From contig CAVXGR010000018.1 in assembly GCA_963761335.1 (NCBI GenBank), positions 960,001 to 1,024,000 on the forward strand: a DNA stretch of 64,000 nucleotides, read 5' to 3'. Shown here in pieces: positions 61,566-64,000 of this stretch (its first letter is position 1; each line of letters starts with the position of its first letter). The position numbers and the translations under genes were made by a program. Source of the stretch: an uncultured delta proteobacterium. Lineage in GTDB: Bacteria > Desulfobacterota > Binatia > HRBIN30 > BPIQ01. Below the pieces are notes generated by a model, which had not been told where the DNA came from, searched no databases, and was given only the letters and a program-made list of their open reading frames with translations.

Positions 61566-62441
61566 ATGAATATCGGCAAGATCGGCATCTGGGCATTCCT
61601 GGACATGCTCCCGGCCGCCCAAGCGCGCGCCGCGGCTGCGGAGATCGAGGCGCTCGGCTACGGAGCCCTGTGGATTCCCGAGGCGATCGGCCGCGAGGTC
61701 TTCAGCAGCGCCGCGATTCTTCTCGGCGCCTCGCCGCGATTGGTGATCGCCACGGGCATCGCCAACATCTGGGCGCGCGACGCGATGGCCATGGCGGCGG
61801 CGCAGAAGACGCTCTGCGAGGCGTATCCGCAGCGGTTTCTCCTGGGCATGGGGGTCAGCCACGCGCCCCTGGTCGGCCCCGTCCGCGGTCATCACTACCA
61901 GCGGCCGCTGAGCACCATGCGGGAGTACCTCGATGCCATGGACGCGGCGCCGTTCATGGCGGTTGCTCCGCCGTCGCCGCCCGAGCGCGTGCTGGCAGCG
62001 CTGCATCCGAAGATGCTGGCCCTGGCCGCCGAACGGGCCGACGGCTCGCACACGTACTTCGTGCCTCCGGAGCACACCCGGCGGGCGCGCGCTGCCCTCG
62101 GCTCCGGCAAGCGTCTGGCCGCGGAGCAGGCGGTGGTTCTCGAGACCGATGCGGAGAAGGCGCGTGCCCTGGCGCGCACGCATATGGCCACCTACCTCAA
62201 CCTGCCGAACTACGCGCGCAACCTGCGCAGCCTCGGCTTCTCCGACGAGGATCTGGGCGGCGGCGGCAGTGATCGGCTGGTCGATTCCATCGTCGCCTGG
62301 GGCGCCGTCGAGGCGATCGCCGCCCGCGTGCGCCAGCACCACGACGCCGGCGCCGATCACGTCTGCCTGCAGGTGCTCGATCCCGATCCGAGCAGCCCGC
62401 CGCTGCGGCAATGGCGCGAGCTGGCGCGAGCGCTGCTGTGA
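61566..62441 (+). CDS. LLM-class, probably F420-dependent oxidoreductase (MSMEG_4141-like)
   Basis: IATGIANIW, LLGMGVSH, VLAALHPKML, AGADHV. Confidence 0.85.
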   Translation: MNIGKIGIWAFLDMLPAAQARAAAAEIEALGYGALWIPEAIGREVFSSAAILLGASPRLVIATGIANIWARDAMAMAAAQKTLCEAYPQRFLLGMGVSHAPLVGPVRGHHYQRPLSTMREYLDAMDAAPFMAVAPPSPPERVLAALHPKMLALAAERADGSHTYFVPPEHTRRARAALGSGKRLAAEQAVVLETDAEKARALARTHMATYLNLPNYARNLRSLGFSDEDLGGGGSDRLVDSIVAWGAVEAIAARVRQHHDAGADHVCLQVLDPDPSSPPLRQWRELARALL

Positions 62442-63475
62442 TCGCGGCGCGCGAGGAAAGGCGGCAGGCCTCCGAGGAAGCGGCGGTGGATCTCTCGGTG
62501 GTCATTCCGATCTTCAACGAGGCTGAGAATCTGGAGGAGCTGCACGAGCGTCTGCTGGCGACGCTGGCCGAGCTGCCGCGACAGGCCGAGGTCTGGTACG
62601 TCGACGACGGCAGCAGTGACGGGTCGCTGCAGATCCTGCACGAGCTCTGCCGCCGGGGTCCCCGCGTCAACGTCGTCGAGCTGCGCGGCAACTACGGCCA
62701 GCACGCCGCGGTGCTCGCCGGCTTTGCCGCGAGTCGAGGCGAGGTGGTGGTGACCCTCGACGGCGATCTGCAGAATCCGCCCGAGGAGATTCCACGCCTG
62801 CTCGACAAGATGGGCGAGGGCTATGACGTCGTCGGCGGCTGGCGCGAGGCGCGGCACGACCCGCTCCTTCGCCGCTTGGCCTCGGCGATGGTCAACCGCG
62901 CCACCTCGATCGCCGTGGGCGTGCGCATGCGCGACTACGGCTGCATGCTGCGCGCCTACAGCCGCGAGGTGGTCGAGCTCATTCTCGAGTGCGACGAGCG
63001 CGTGCTCTTTCTGCCGGCGCTCGCCAATACGCTGGCGCGGCGCCCGGCGGAGGTGCAGGTGCGGCACGCCGAGCGCGGTCACGGCACCTCGAAGTACTCA
63101 CCGCTGAAGCTCATGCGCCTGGCCTTCGACCTGCTGACGGGGTTCTCCCTGATCCCCATTCAGATGGTTTCCCTCTTCGGCATCTTCGTGTCTCTGGCCG
63201 GGGTCGGCTTTGGCGGCTTCCTCATGGTCCGCCGCTTGATCGTCGGACCCGAGAGCGAGGGCGTCTTCACGCTCTTCGCCATCCTCTTCGTGTTCGTCGG
63301 CGTGCTCATCCTCGCCGTCGGCCTGGTGGGAGAGTACGTCGGCCGCATCTATCTCGAGGTGCGCCACCGCCCGCCCTATCGGGTGCGGACGACGCACCGG
63401 GGCGCCGAGGACCGTGTCGGCGAGGGCGAGGCGGCGCCGAGCCGCGCCGCAAGCGCAAGGGAGGTTCGACTGTGA
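62438..63475 (+). CDS. GT2 glycosyltransferase, ArnC/polyprenol-phosphate type
   Basis: VVIPIFNE, VDDGSSD, NYGQHAA, LDGDLQNPP, two C-terminal TMs, GEYVGRIY. Confidence 0.9.
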   Translation: MIAAREERRQASEEAAVDLSVVIPIFNEAENLEELHERLLATLAELPRQAEVWYVDDGSSDGSLQILHELCRRGPRVNVVELRGNYGQHAAVLAGFAASRGEVVVTLDGDLQNPPEEIPRLLDKMGEGYDVVGGWREARHDPLLRRLASAMVNRATSIAVGVRMRDYGCMLRAYSREVVELILECDERVLFLPALANTLARRPAEVQVRHAERGHGTSKYSPLKLMRLAFDLLTGFSLIPIQMVSLFGIFVSLAGVGFGGFLMVRRLIVGPESEGVFTLFAILFVFVGVLILAVGLVGEYVGRIYLEVRHRPPYRVRTTHRGAEDRVGEGEAAPSRAASAREVRL

Positions 63476-64000
63476 AGATTTTGATCACCGGCGGCGGCGG
63501 GTTTCTCGGCTCGCATCTGGCAGACGCTTTCCTCGACCGCGGCGACGAGGTCTTCATCCTCGACAACGGCTCGGTCGCCAAGGTGCGCCACCTGATCGGC
63601 AATCCCGCCATGCACTACGTGCGCGACAGCATTTTCAACCTCGACATCCTCGACGGGCTCGTCTCCAAGGTCGACCTCGTCTACCATCTCGCCGCTGTGG
63701 TCGGGGTCGAGCACTACGTCGGCGATCCGTACGAGGTGCTGAACGTCAACGTCAACGGCATGCAGAACATCCTCAAGGCTGCCTTCAAGCACTCCAAGAA
63801 GGTGGTCTTCAGCTCGACCTCGGAGGTCTACGGGCGCAACCCGAAGGTGCCCTGGCACGAGGACGACGACCGGGTCCTCGGCTCGACGCGCATCGATCGC
63901 TGGTGCTACTCGACCTCGAAGGCCGTCGGCGAGCATTTCTGCTTCGCCTATCACAAGATGGGTCTTCCGGTGAGCGTCGTCCGTTACTTCAACGTCTACG
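63472..64000 (+). CDS. NAD-dependent epimerase/dehydratase (nucleotide-sugar), 3'-partial
   Basis: GTG start overlapping the previous stop; ITGGGGFLGSH, STSEVYG, YSTSK, RYFNVY. Confidence 0.9.
   Translation, partial: MKILITGGGGFLGSHLADAFLDRGDEVFILDNGSVAKVRHLIGNPAMHYVRDSIFNLDILDGLVSKVDLVYHLAAVVGVEHYVGDPYEVLNVNVNGMQNILKAAFKHSKKVVFSSTSEVYGRNPKVPWHEDDDRVLGSTRIDRWCYSTSKAVGEHFCFAYHKMGLPVSVVRYFNVY

Overview
High-GC bacterial chromosomal window with about 50 CDS. It carries lipid/acyl-CoA catabolic genes, F420-type oxidoreductases, a P450, Lhr, MutY, Pgk, FumC, Ppk1, two K+-channel-type genes and a DUF3604-PPIase-HupE/UreJ trio. The gene mix would fit a Binatia/deltaproteobacterial-type soil lineage, but that is inference only. 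The main accessory structure (about 7.2-16.0 kb) is a decaying integron. It has a 5'-truncated integron integrase co-oriented with its array (reverse type), a probable attI, seven attC sites, and cassettes rich in toxin-antitoxin genes. An IS1182-like element sits exactly in the GTT core of one attC, and an exact 308-bp copy of a nearby SDR gene is pasted into a cassette. Other unexplained structures: three tandem repeat units with shared ends but different hairpin cargo (38.8-39.8 kb); an ~83-bp promoter/leader duplicated before an rRNA methyltransferase and an ABC-F gene; an IS5-like MITE; a poly-G frameshift in the DUF3604 gene; and a 4.6-kb segment bracketed by 36-bp perfect inverted repeats that encodes a 1331-aa exported FG-GAP protein. 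No CRISPR array, rRNA or complete tRNA was seen. Family calls come from motif recognition by eye, not database searches.
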